Shown here one piece after another: positions 25,492 through 38,174 of a stretch of 64,000 bases of DNA (its first letter is position 1; each line of letters begins with the position of its first letter). The notes under the pieces were generated by a model that saw nothing but the letters and a program-made list of their open reading frames with translations, was not told the origin of the DNA and ran no database searches. The DNA lies in NCBI RefSeq assembly GCF_963921235.1, contig NC_086097.1, positions 189,722,001 to 189,786,000 of the forward strand, read 5' to 3'. The stretch is from Mobula hypostoma (Eukaryota). Both the position numbers and the translations under genes were made by a program.

Positions 25492-26439
25492 TTATTTTGT
25501 ATCTGCCTTTTTCCAAGGATTCATCTCCAATATGTACCATAGGTATACCAAAAAGGTGATTAATGGCCAAGTCATCATTAAGCTGAACAGAGTAGCTAAA
25601 AAGCATCACACTACTACAGTTTGGCTTATAAACCTTAGCTATTATTGTACTTTAATGGAAAGCACCTTCTTTAAAAAATAAAATATTCCTACACAGAAGT
25701 GCTATACCTCTGATGCACAATTAACCTCTACTTGCTCAATCAGTTGTAGGTCAGACATAATATTCAATGACTATCAATGTGAAAACACCTGAGGGTTTTG
25801 AGCTGGTGACATTGCTTTCTTGTTTTAAATGCATTGATTCCAATAAATAGTATTCAATATCACACACTTCCCCGACAGTCATCCTCCACTGAACCACTCT
25901 CTCTACTTAAATGTCAAGGACAATATTGTGGCAGAAAAAGATCATTATGCCTGACACCATAAAGCACCTGGTCAGCTGTTAGACCAGGTGTCTATGTTGG
26001 TGAGTACTGAACACACTGGATTAGAGATGCAAGTTCTCACATGGAGACACAATTGTGATTGGCACAATCATCAGGGGGATTGGGAAACCCATATGCAGTT
26101 CTCTCGAGAGGTCAAATATTATTTCTGTGTCTTTCATGGAGAAAGAGCGGGACAGAAACATGCAATTCAGTGTTAGACATTGTGTTCACTTGCAGGGGTA
26201 GACACTGATGTAACAGGTATCTTTGCATATAGTAATAAAGTTGAGGCCTCCTTTTGATGCCATACCTCAATGGATTTTCAGACCGCTCCAAATAGTATTT
26301 TTCCTGTTGTTGCTCAGTAGCAGCTTATGATTTTGAAAAAGCCATGCAGAGCTGTTATCCATTTTGGTATTGTTCTGGGGACATGAGCAACAGTTGCACA
26401 TCTTGGTTGCAGGTAATTTTCAACTAACTATACTCCTGA

Positions 26440-26700
26440 TCCTAGGAAAGGGATTAGGGATAGGATCTACTCACATCTGGAAAAACAGAGATTAGGGATA
26501 GCTAACATGACTTTGTGCAGGTGAAGTCATGTCTAATAAGATTGATTTAATTTTTTTGAGGAGGTAATGAAGGTGACTTATGAGGGTGGCTTTCTAGATG
26601 TTGTTACATGGACCTTAATAAAGCTTTAGAGAAAGTCCAGAAAATTAAGGCACATGAGATCCAAGAAGACTTGCTGGATTGGATTCAAAAATTGATATCA
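26440..26700 (+). mobile_element. Old CR1 RT fragment
   Basis: Degenerate RDRIYSHLE...KSCL...FFEEV...MDLNKA...LLDWIQ remnant. Confidence 0.7.
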
Positions 26701-28354
26701 GTGTTTCTCGCCACTGGTTCCAGAACACTGCAAATAATACTTACAGCGCATGGCAAAGTATTCCGGGCTCCAAACCTTCTGCTATTGAGGTTGCAGCTGG
26801 CAGCAACATTTCAACTCCAGAGACCCACAGAACAATCCTTCGATACAGTGTGAAAGGAAACAGCCTTCCTACAAGTTGGCTGCAGCCACAATTAGGGCTT
26901 TTTACTGTACACCAAAAAGTGGTCCATGTGAATTTGACAAAAGGTTTACTTTCTGGTCAGATTAGTCTTATCCGTTCACAATGCTGAAGTTGTTGACAAG
27001 AGTACCAAATTGTGCCTGAAAAATGGTTACAACTATAACATCTTTGATAAAAATAATTTTGATCAGAACAATAATGATCAATAAGTAACTGTCACCCCAT
27101 CAAAAGGCAGCAAAGAAGCAACTTCTTCTAAATGCTGCAGAGAGTTCTCCTTTATCCTATTATACAGGATTCCCCTCCCCACAAAAACAAATTAGTAAAA
27201 TTGCTTTAGAATTGTATCTGGCACAGAAAAGTACAAATAAGAAAGATGAATATTTGTGTAAACTACAGAGTAGAAAGAAATAGAGCAGGCGGGGAACTAA
27301 TGACTCATATATGGGAGAAAATATTTAATAGCCTTATTATTTATTTTGATGTGCCTGCAGTAGACATACACTGCAAGCTTCTTTTGCCATTGACACAATT
27401 CAACAAATACCTTAATAACAACCACAGTCAGGTTTCTTCAGACAATTCAATTAGCTGGCATGAATAATTAAGCAATGTGTGATGCCATCAGAATTTTATA
27501 AATAAGTTAATTGATGTTGGCAATATAATTCTTTTTCAAGGCACATAAAGATTCGAAAACAGCTTTCCTGCAGTATTCTCAATTGAGCATCACAGCAACA
27601 AAATGTGAGAACAAAAACTACAAGCGTACTAGGTTTCTACGTGACTAAACAAATGTTGCCAATGTTCAAAGTAGAATTTGTGCTGTGTTAAATCAATTGA
27701 TGCACATAAGCCACAATATATCTGGAATATTTTTCCCAATAGACTAGCAAGTTAAAGAATTATAGACCACATGTGTTTATCAAGTATATACATCAGTTAA
27801 ACATGTTTGGACAATTGGAATAAATCACTTGTGCACTCTTATGAAAATGTTCAAATACCATACAGATGTGGGAGCTCTAACGCGTTATGCCACAGAGTAG
27901 AAAGATTTGAATTATGCTTACAATTTCTCAGTTTGTAAATGGTTTACTATCATGCTGATTCTTAATTCAATATAGACTTGGCAAAGTCTTGTGCCAAGTA
28001 TGCAATTAATGATAAAAGCAGTAGAATGCCTTCAGAAGAAAATGAATGGCAGTTTCAGGTAATATTTCTAGCTGTAAATGGCAAGAGTATACTTTTCATA
28101 GAATGTTGGGAACTGGAAGGTTAATAACTTGATTCCATACAACACTGGTTCCAGGTGACCCCTTGTGTACAGGTAGATCCACTGTTTTATCAGTGCTGTT
28201 CTCTAAGCTGTGCGGGTGCATGGCTGCACAGTATCTGAAATATTCCCACGCATATAACCTTCGTTGCTGTACGGATAGAATAAAGACAGATGATAAAAAG
28301 TTCACGAAGTGTTAAAGATTTTCTTTGTTGTACTGTATTTCATTCCTCCAAGAG

Positions 28355-28657
28355 GACCTCAACCTTGCTATAGGGTTTGGAGGCTTGCATGACCGAGAGA
28401 GCTATGTTGGCTGGAGTCAGGCCAGGCCCTTGTGCTTTGGCTCTTTGCAGCGTCACCCATGCCAAACAGGTCAAAGGCCAGATTAAGAGTGGTCCACTGG
28501 TCCTCCAGGTTCGGTGGTTCAGCTCAGCGCTAACAATCCAGACTGGTCAAAAAACAATTGTTACAGAAACAGTAATGAAGAATCTTTCTATATAGACAGA
28601 GATGGAGGACTTCCATTGCTGCCCCAAATGCCGGCAGCGTAATGGGCAGCAAGTACT
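28355..28657 (+). mobile_element. RTE-derived non-autonomous element (5'UTR-like part joined to an RTE-like 3' tail)
   Basis: GAGAGCTATGTTGGCTGGAGTCAGG at the 5' side and GATGGAGGACTTCCATTGCTGCCCCAAATGCC...AAGTA at the 3' side resemble RTE termini, from recall. Confidence 0.5.
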
Positions 28658-28712
28658 GTATTTCATCATACCTTCCAATTAATAAATAAAAAGTCTGTGA
28701 TTTTTCAATTTT

Positions 28713-31686
28713 CAGCGATAGAGCAGTGAAAGAAGTGCATGAAGTAAAGCCAGATCTAACATACAGAGAGGCTTTGAGGAAAGAGAAGCAGAATAAAGGG
28801 TGTAAAGACAGTAAGGTAGAAGGGCTGAAATATGTGTACCTCAATGCAAGAAGCATCAGGAACAAAGGTGATGAACTGAGAGCTTGGATACATACATGGA
28901 ATTATGATGTAGTGGCCATTACAGAGACTTGGCTGGCACCAGGGCAGGAATGGATTCTCAATATTCCTAGATTTCAGTGCTTTAAAAGGGAAAGAGAGGG
29001 TGGAAAAAGGGGAGGAGGGGTGGCATTACTAGTCAGGGATATTATTACAGCTACAGAAAGGGTGGATAATGTAGCAGGATCTTCTTTTGAGTCATTATGG
29101 GTGGAAGTCAGGAACAGGAAGGGAGCAGTTACTCTATTGGGGGTATTCTATAGGCCCCCTGGTAGCAGCAGAGATACCGAGGAGCAGATTGGGAGGCCGA
29201 TTTTGGAAAGGTGCAAAAATAACAGGGTTGTTATCATGGGTGACTTTAACTTCCCTAATATTGATTGGCACCTGATTAGTTCCAAGGGTTTAGATGGGGC
29301 AGAGTTTGTTAAGTGTGTCCAGGACAGATTCCTGTCACAGTATGTGGACAGGCCGACTAGGCGGAATGCCATACTAGATCTCGTACTAGGTAATGAACCG
29401 GGTCAGGTCACAGATCTCTCAGTGAGTGAGCATCTGGGGGACAGTGACCACCACTCCCTGGCCTTTAGAATTATCATGGAAAAGGATAGAATCAGAGAGG
29501 ACAGGAAATTTTTTAAATTGGGGAAGGGCAAATTATGAGGCTATAAGGCTAGAACTTGCGGGTGTGAATTGGGATGATATTTTTGCAGGGAAATATGCTA
29601 TGGACATGTGGTCGATGCTTAAGGATCTCTTGCGGATGTTAGGGATAAAGTTGTCCCGGTGAGGAAAATAAACAATGGTAGGGTGAAGGAACCATGAGTG
29701 ACAAGTGAGGTGGAAAATCTAGTCAGGTGGAAGAAGGCAGCATAAATGAGGTTTAGGAAGCAAGGATCAGATGGGTCTATTGCGGAATATAGGAAAGCAA
29801 GAAAGGAGCTTAAGAAGGGGTTGATAAGAGCAAGAAGGGGACATGAGAAGGCCTTGGTGAGTAGGGTAAAGGAAAACCCCAAGGCATTCTTCAATTATGT
29901 GAAGAACAAAAGGATGACAGGAGTGAAGGTAGGACCAATTAGAGACAAAGGTGGGAAGATGTGCCTGGAGGCTGTGGAAGTGGGCGAGGTCCTCAATGAA
30001 TACTTCTCTTCGGTATTCACCAATGAGAGGGAACAGGATGATGGTACGGACAATATGAGTGAGGTTGATGTTCTGAAGCATGTTGATATTAAGGGAGAGG
30101 AGGTGTTGGAGTTGTTAAAATACATTAGGACAGATAAGTCCCCGGGGCCTGACGGAATATTCCCCAGGCTGCTCCACAATGCAAGGGAAGAGATTGCTGA
30201 GCCTTTGGCTAGGATCCTTATGTCCTCGTTGTCCACGGGAATGGTATCGGAGGATTGGAGGGAGGTGAATGTTGTCCCCTTGTTCAAAAAAGGTAGTAGG
30301 GATAGTCCGGGTAATTATAGACCAGCGGGCCTTACGTCTGTGATGAGAAGGCTGTTGGAAAAGATTCTTAGAGATAGGATCTATGAGCATTTAGAGAATC
30401 ATGGTTTAATCAGGGACAGTCAGCATAGCTTTGTGAAGGGCAGATCGTGTCTAACAAGCCTGATAGAGTTTTTTGAGGTGGTGACCAGGCATATAGATAA
30501 GGGTAGTGCAGTGGATGTGATCTATATGGATTTTAGTAAGGCATTTGACAAAGTTCCACATGGTAGGCTTATTCAGAAAGTCAGAAGGCATGGGATCCAG
30601 GGAAGTCTGGCCAAGTGGATTCAGAATTGGCTTGCCTGCAGAAGGCAGAGTGTCGTGGTGGAGGGAGTACATTCAGATTGGAGGATTTTGACCAGTGGTG
30701 TCCCACAAGGATCTGTTCTGGGACCTCTACTTTTCATGATTTTTATTAACGACCTGGATGTTGGGGTAGAAGGGTGGGTTGGCAAGTTTGCAGACGACAC
30801 AAAGGTTGGTGGTGTTGTAGATAGTGTAGAGGATTGTCGATGATTGCAGAGAGACATTGATAGGATACAGAAGTGGGCTGAGAAGTAGCAGATGGAGTTT
30901 AACCTGGAGAAGTGTGAGGTGGTACACTTTGGAAGGACAAACTCCAAGGCAAAGTACAAAGTAAATGGCAGGATACTTGGTAGTGTGGAGGAGCAGAGGG
31001 ATCTGGGGGTACATGTCCACAGATCCCTGAAAGTTGCCTCACAGGTGGATAGGGTAGTTAAGAAAGCTTATGGGGTGTTAGCTTCCATAAGTTGAGGGAT
31101 AGAGTTTAAGAGTTGTGATGTAATGATGCAGCTCTATAAAACTCTGGTTAGACCACACTTGGTGTGCTGTGTCCAGTTCTAGTTGCCTCACTATAGGAAG
31201 GATGTGGAAGCATTGGGAAGAGTACAGAGGAGATCTACCAGGATGCTGCCTGGTTTAGAGAGTATGCATAATGTTCAGAGATTAAGGGAGCTAGGGCTTT
31301 ACTCTTTGGAGAGAAGAAGGATGAGAGGAGACATGATAGAGGTGTACAAGATAATAAGAGGAGTAGATAAAGTGGATAGCCAGCGCCTCTTCCCCAGGGC
31401 AGCACTGCTCAATACAAGAGGACATGGCTTTAAGTTAAGGGGTGGGAAGTTCAAGGGGGATATTAGATGAAGGTTTTTTACTCAGAGAGTGGTTGGTGCG
31501 TGGAATGCACTGCCTGAGTCAGTGATGGAGGCAGATACACTAGTGAAGTTTAAGAAACTACTAGACAGGTATATGGAGGAATTTAAGTTGGGGGGGCGGC
31601 TTATATGGGCGGCAGGGTTTGAGGGTCGGCACAACATTGTGGGCCGAAGGGCCTGTACTGTGCTGTACCATTCTATGTTCATTCTA
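28713..31686 (+). mobile_element. CR1 LINE with essentially complete but disrupted ORF2 (APE endonuclease plus RT) and 3' tail
   Basis: Motifs include [53 protein letters not shown] and KFADDTK. There are several stops and frameshifts. Confidence 0.96.
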
Positions 31687-31955
31687 AATATTCATTGTAT
31701 GTACATTACAATAATAACAACAATGTAAGTGCTGCGCAGTTTTCAGGCCATGCTCTGAGCAATGATTAGTCCACGCAGCTGTAAAATAAATTAGAGAGAA
31801 CATAGTTTATCAGGTTCAGTCCTGTGCTCCCTACTTCACTCTGTCAGCCTGAGTATACTTCCTCTAGTGTACAAGCTCCATTCTCCAAAGTATTGTATCT
31901 GTCGTAGTAGAGACAATGCAAACCCCAAATTGACCAGACAATTTAAAGACCCCAG

Positions 31956-32202
31956 TATTATGTAGTTAATATTTCAGTAATCCTTGAGTAATATTGTAAG
32001 TATATTGTTTGATTAAGCATTATTTGTTTGTTTAAATAATTCATTATGGGTTATATGTAATAGTATGTGAATAACACACACCTTTACACAGCCACCTCAT
32101 TAAGCACACACCTCAGTAAAAGTAAAAATGAAGTAGACATCTTTATCCCTGGCTCCTTTTTCTTTCAATTAGTTTTATGTTTTGGAGTTACAAAGCATAA
32201 CA
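31956..32202 (+). repeat. 5' LTR of the Gypsy element
   Basis: TATTATGTA...GCATAACA, similar to 37572-37806, followed by a degenerate PBS GTGACAGTGAGGA. Confidence 0.8.
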
Positions 32203-33633
32203 GTGACAGTGAGGAAGTTTTAAATGAAACCAAGACGGCTACCCATCTATTGATGTGCAGTGAAATGTTCGAATTAAAATAAGGCAGAAAAAGAAGAATT
32301 CACAACTTCATAAACAATGAGTACGTGGTGATAATATTCATAAATATAAAAAAAAGAGCAGAAATGGCTAGCTTCATTATAAAGATAGATGTGTTTGATT
32401 GCCCAAAATGTAACTGGCTGCTGTACACAGAAAAATTGAAAAGCATTTTGAAGCAAATGAAATAGCCAATGTAAAGCAAGTGCCAGTTTTGCTGAGTTAA
32501 TTAGATTTAAATGCATACCGTTTGCTTAGATGTTTAACTGCTCCACCAAAACCAGCCAAAATGAGTTTTGCTGATACCATGAAAGTATGCCTGAACATTT
32601 AGAAGCAAAACCATTATTGATTGCAGAATATTTTTGGTTTTATAAGAGGAATCAAAAGGAAAGTGAGCCCATTTCAGCATTTGTGGCTGTATTAAAAATG
32701 TTATCTGTGCATTGTTAGTTTGGTAATGGGATTAATGGTGCACTAATAGAATGTTTAGGAATCTTACAATAAGCATTCAAAAATTGCTCCCAATTGAAGC
32801 ACAGCTTACATTCAAAAGAAATTGCTCTATCACTGGAAACAGGACACAGAAGGTGCAATTGAGTTGCAATCAGGAATGAAAATGAGTGTGAACAAAATTG
32901 TAATGTCTAAACAGAACAAGTTGTGTTACGGTTGTGCAGGGCTCACATACACCAGACTAATGCAAGTTTAAAGGTGAAACTTGCAGAAAATGCAACATGT
33001 GACACATAAATGCAAAACACAAGGTGGTCAGCCAAAAATACATGAGAAAAAGATTTTAAAAAGTCAAGCTGCAGTTTCAAAAGAAGCACTAATCTGCAAA
33101 TTGTGATGAAAAATCTGATAATGATGACAATGATACAAGACTATGTAGCCTTAAGATTTACAGTGTGAAAGTTAACAATAGACAACCGGAAGTGAACAGC
33201 AAATTCATTAAAATGGAATTGGACACTGGCTCGGCTGTTTCAATCATTCATAAAATGACTTTGAATAGAATTTCAAAGATACTGAAGCCTACAGATATAC
33301 AACTAAATGTATACTAGAAAAACAATAACTCCAGTGGGAATGACATTTGTAACAGTGAAATACAACAACCAACAAGCCACATTGGTATGTGGCAAATATA
33401 AAAAGGCCAGCAATATGGAAAAGTGATTGGCTGAGACTACTACAACTTGATTGGAGATCCATCAGCCATTTGCATGCCTCACCCCCTATAACAGAGTCAA
33501 CTGACAGTGAATAAAGAAAGCTATGGATGGCGTCACAGCAGTGTTCAAGGATGGCTTTGGAAAACTCAAAATATCAACAAGTAAAATAATGCTAAATCAA
33601 AGTGCCACACCCAAATTTTATTAAGCTCATCCA

Positions 33634-35775
33634 TAAGACCACAAGACAAAGGAGCAGAAATTGGCCATTCGGCACATCGAGTCTACTCCGCCATTTTATC
33701 ATGAGCTGATCCATTCTCCCATTTAGTCCCACTCCCCCACCTTCTCACCATAACCTTTGATGCCCTGGCTACTCAGATACCTATCAATCTCTGCCTTCAA
33801 TACACCCAATGACTTGGCCTCCACTGCCGCCCGTAGCAACAAATTCCATAGATTCAACACCCTTTGGCTAAAAAAATTTCTTCGCATTTCAGTTCTGAAT
33901 GGGCGCCCTTCAATCCTTAAGTCATGCCTTCTTGTACTAGACTCCCCCATCATGGAAAACAACTTTGCCACATCCACTCTGTCCATGCCTTTCAACATTC
34001 CAAATGTTTCTATGTGGTCTCCCCTCATTCTTCTAAACTCCAAGAGCGGACAAACGTTCCTCATATGTTAACCCTCTCATTCTTGGAATCATTCTAGTGA
34101 ACCTTCTCTGTACCCTCTCCAATGTCAGCACATCCTTTCTTAAATAAGGAGACCAAAACTGCCCACAGTACTCCATGTGAGGTCTCACCAGTGCCTTACA
34201 GAGCCTCAACATCACATCCTTGCTCCTATACTCTATTCCTGTAGAAATGAATGCCAACATTGCATTCTCCTTCTTCACCACCAACTCAAGCTGGAAGTTA
34301 ACCTTAAGGGTATCCTGTACGAGGACTCCCAAGTCCCATTGCATCTCAGAACTTTGAATTCTTTCCCCATTTAAATAACAGTCTGCCCACTTATTTCTTC
34401 TGCCAAAGTGCATAACCATACACTTTCCAACATTGTATTTCATTTGCCACTTCTTTGCCCATTCTTCCAATCTATCCAAGTCTCTCTGCAGACTCTCAGT
34501 TTCCTCAGCACTACCAGCCCCTCCACCTATCTTCGTATCATCAGCAAACTTAGCCACAAAACCATCTATTCCATAATCCAAATTGTTGATGTACAATGTA
34601 AAAAGAAGCGGCCCTAACACGGATCCCTGTGGAACACCACTGGTAACCGGCAGCCAACCAGAATAGGATCCCTTTATTCCCACTCTCTGTTTCTTGCCAA
34701 TCAGCCAACGCTCTATCCACGTATGTAACTTTCCCGTAATTCCATGGGCTGTTATCTTGTTAAGTAGCCTCATGTGTGGCACCTTGTCAAAGGCTTCTGA
34801 AAATCCAAATATACAACATCCACTGCATTTCCCTTGTCTAGCCTACTTGTAATTTCCTCAAAAAAATTGTAATAGGTTTGTCAGGAAGGATTTTCCTTTA
34901 AGGAATCCATGCTGAGTTCTGTCTATCTTGTCGTATGCCTCCAGGTACTCTGTAACCTCATCCTTGACAATCGACTCCAACAACTTCCCAACCACCGATG
35001 TCTATAATTTCCTTTTTGCTTCCTTGCCCCCTTCTTAAATAGCGGAGTGACATTTGCAATCTTCCAGTCCTCCGGAACCATGCCAGAATCTATCAAGTTT
35101 TGAAAGATCATTGCTAATGCCTCCGCAATCTCTACAGCTACTTCCTTCAGAACACGAGGGTGTATTCTATCTGGTCCGGGAGATTTATCTACCTTTAGAC
35201 TATTCAGCTTCCTGAGTACTTTCTCTATCGTAATTGTGACTGCGTACCCTTCTCTTCCCTGCCACCCTTGAGAGTCCGGTATACTGCTGATGTCTTCCTC
35301 AGTGAAGACTGATGCAAACTACTCGTTCAGTTCCTCTGCCATCTCCTTATCTCCCATTACAATTTCTCCAGCATCATTTTCTATCAGTCCTATGTCTACT
35401 CTCACCTGTCTTTTACTCTTTATATACTTGAAAAAGCTTTTAGTATCCTCTTTGATAGTATTTGCTAGCTTCCTTTCATAGTTAATCTTGTCCCTCTTAA
35501 TGACCTTCTTAGTTTCCTTTTGTAAGCTTTTAAAAACTTCCCAATCCTCTGTCTTCCCACTAATTTTTGCTTCCTTGTATGCCCTCTTCTTTGCTTTAAC
35601 TTTGGCTTTGACTTCTCTTGTCAGCCACGGTTGCATCCTTTTTCCATTCGAAAATTTCTTCCTTTTTGGAATATACCTGTGTTGCACCTTCCTCACTTCT
35701 CGCATAAACTCCAGCCACTGCTGCTCTGCTGTCCTTCCCACTAGCGTCCCTTTCCAGTCAACTTTGGTCAGTTCC
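33634..35775 (-). mobile_element. 5'-truncated CR1 LINE nested in Gypsy pol
   Basis: ORF 34033-34782(-) has [14 protein letters not shown] and KFADDTKIGG. The CR1 tail is at about 33634-33720, and the Gypsy sequence resumes at about 35771. Confidence 0.94.
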
Positions 35776-36949
35776 TTATAGAGTCCATGATAAAATATAA
35801 AGTTAGCTAGATCGCATGGAGACTGAACAAATTCGTTCCAAGGTTGAGTGGAGCCCATGGGCAATGCTGGTGGTCCCAGTAGCCAATAAAGATGGCTCTG
35901 TCAGCATCTGCGGTGATTTTAAGGTCACCACAACCTAGTACTGAAAGTAGATCAATACCCTCTGCCCAGGATAGAGAATATCTTTGCAAACCTTTCTGGA
36001 GGAAAACACTTCAGCAAAATGGACATAGCTGAGGCCTACCCACAGATGGAGATGGAAGAAGAGTCTAAAGTGTTTCTCACCATAAACACTCACAAAGCGA
36101 GAAAGATATGGACCAAGTGCGGCAAGGTTGTTGAAGCACTCAGTGTTACATGGATGACATCATTGTATTGGAGAGGATGACAAGAAATATCTCGAAAGCC
36201 GCAAGACAGTTTTAAAAGGATTGGAAGATTATGGTCTCCGAGCACAACATAACAAGTGTGAATTTTTTCAATCAAGCATCATTTACTGCGGTCGCACCAT
36301 CAAGGCACAAGGATTACACAGGTGTGCTGAGAAAATTCAAACAGCGGTGGATGCCCCAAGACCAAAGGACATGTCACTGTTGTGGTCCTTTTTAGGATTT
36401 GTCAATTACTATAACATGTTCCTATCAATCTTGGCTACTGTGCTCCACCCCTTGAACTCATTACTACAGATTAGGATGAAGTACCATAGACAAGGCAATG
36501 TGAGGTGGCTTGCCAAAGGTAACATCAGAGACTGTACTCATATATCATGATACACATCATCCAGTGAAGCTTTCCTGTGATGCTTCTCCTTATGGGATAG
36601 GTGCAGTCATGTCACATGATATGAGTGATGGAAGTGAATGCTCTATAGCCTTTGCATCACGTTCTCCTTCCACTGCAGAGAAAAATTACACACAGATTAA
36701 TAAAGAGGCCTTGAGTCTGAGTTGGTTTGTAAAATATTTCAACCAGTACTTGTCTGGGAGAGAATTTACCGTCATCACTGATCATCAACCACTCGTATCC
36801 ATTTTCAATCCACAGAAGTCTCACCTGCCAAGCAGAGTGACACCCCCTGACAGGAAAGCTGTTATCCCACAAGAGTAAGAAAGCCTCCATAGCGATTAAA
36901 TCTTTAGGTCTGTATAGGTTAGTTTATAATTTACTATGCTGTGGATGGC

Positions 36950-37510
36950 AGGGTCAGTGATCACTCCCAATGGAGTCAGCGGTCGCTCCCCCCGGAGGCC
37001 ACCGTTTGGGGTAGGCACGAGTTCTGAATCATGGAAGGACTGTTTGATATTGTGAGATTTATGTGATTGGACTGTACTTTATGTTGGTCTCCTTCAGTTT
37101 CTTGGCATTTTCTTCCTTGTGGCCAACTGGTGGGTCGGTGATCTGTAAGTTCTTTCTGCGTGGGAGAGGTGATTCACATTTCATTGATGCTACTGTCACT
37201 GTTCTTTTTGCAATTGAAGGGGTTGGTCACTGTTCTTTTTTCTCTGTAAGGAGGGGTGAGGGATGTGTTACTATTGGCACATTTTATCTGCAGGGGAGAC
37301 AGTCAGGGATTGTTATTGTTGCTGTTTTTTTCTGCGGAGAAGGGGGTCGGGGATTGTTACTGTCGCTGTTATTTTGCTATGTGGAGGGGGTCGGGGATTC
37401 TGGGGTTTGCAAGTTTTGTTTCTTTTCACGTGTACTTCATGGCTATCTGGAGAAGAATATCAGAGTTGTATTGTTCATGCCTACTTTGACAATATAATAA
37501 ACCATGAACC
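36950..37510 (+). mobile_element. Non-coding retroposon with a Rex1-like tail, inserted in the Gypsy 3' UTR
   Basis: G/T-rich body ending GAAGAATATCAGAGTTGTATTG...CTTTGACAATATAATAAACCATGAACC, similar to Rex tails in the window. Confidence 0.55.
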
Positions 37511-37571
37511 ATATACATGTGTTGAGATGCATTCTATACTGAGTTGAAACTTACAGCTAAGCAGAGAGGAG

Positions 37572-37806
37572 TGTTGTGTATTTATTATTTCAGTAATATT
37601 TGAGCAATATTGTAAATATATTGTTTAAGCATTTTGTTTGTTTAAATCATCATGGATTTTATGTAAACACACATGAACAGCATACATCAGCACACCACTA
37701 CGGCATACACTTGAAGTGAAAATGAAACTAAAAGTGCACAAGTTATCTTTTGGGTCTGTGTGTGTCTTTTAATAGTTTTTATGTTTTGGACTTACAAAAC
37801 ATAACA
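37572..37806 (+). repeat. 3' LTR of the Gypsy element
   Basis: TGTTGTGTA...ACATAACA directly after the PPT. Confidence 0.82.
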
Positions 37807-38174
37807 TTCTGGCCAACTATTTCCCATGTGGAGATTTATAGAGGTAAGAACTAGAAATAAGAATATTTAGCCTGACGTATCTTCTCTGTCAGTTAATGAG
37901 ATCTTTTGCTTCAGGGCCACTTAACCCCATATTCCATGATACCCTTAATATCCAAAAGCCTATAAAGTTACATGCACAGAAACTGAGTCTCCACAAACAT
38001 TTTCATAAAGGATTCCAAACATTTATTACCTTCTGCATGAAATGTGAAAACTAACTGGGAAGCAGGCACAAATTTGGATGAGTCCTTACCTGTTGTCACA
38101 AATACATTCAATATTAAATGTTCAGTGTTTTGCTCTCCCTTTTAAGAAAAAAATGATCTATTTGCATAAATTTT

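Larger units (their letters stand above)
31956..37806 (+). mobile_element. Degraded Gypsy/Ty3 LTR retrotransposon with deleted integrase
   Basis: Two related LTRs, a gag remnant with a zinc-knuckle trace (about 32920), protease MELDTGSAVS (about 33213), RT ICGDFK and YMDD (about 36147), and RNase H CDASPYGIGAV / TDHQPL. A purine-rich PPT lies at 37559-37571. Confidence 0.9.

Noticed and set aside
29767..31020. Multiple minus-strand ORFs of 70-130 aa
   Set aside because: They are antisense shadows of the CR1 ORF2; the same applies to overlapping ORFs in the Rex1 and RTE copies.
38090..38138. 49-nt candidate exon with donor CAG|GTAAGG, starting with ESK
   Set aside because: It has an in-frame stop and the wrong length; the three-residue resemblance to LESKEPF is probably chance.
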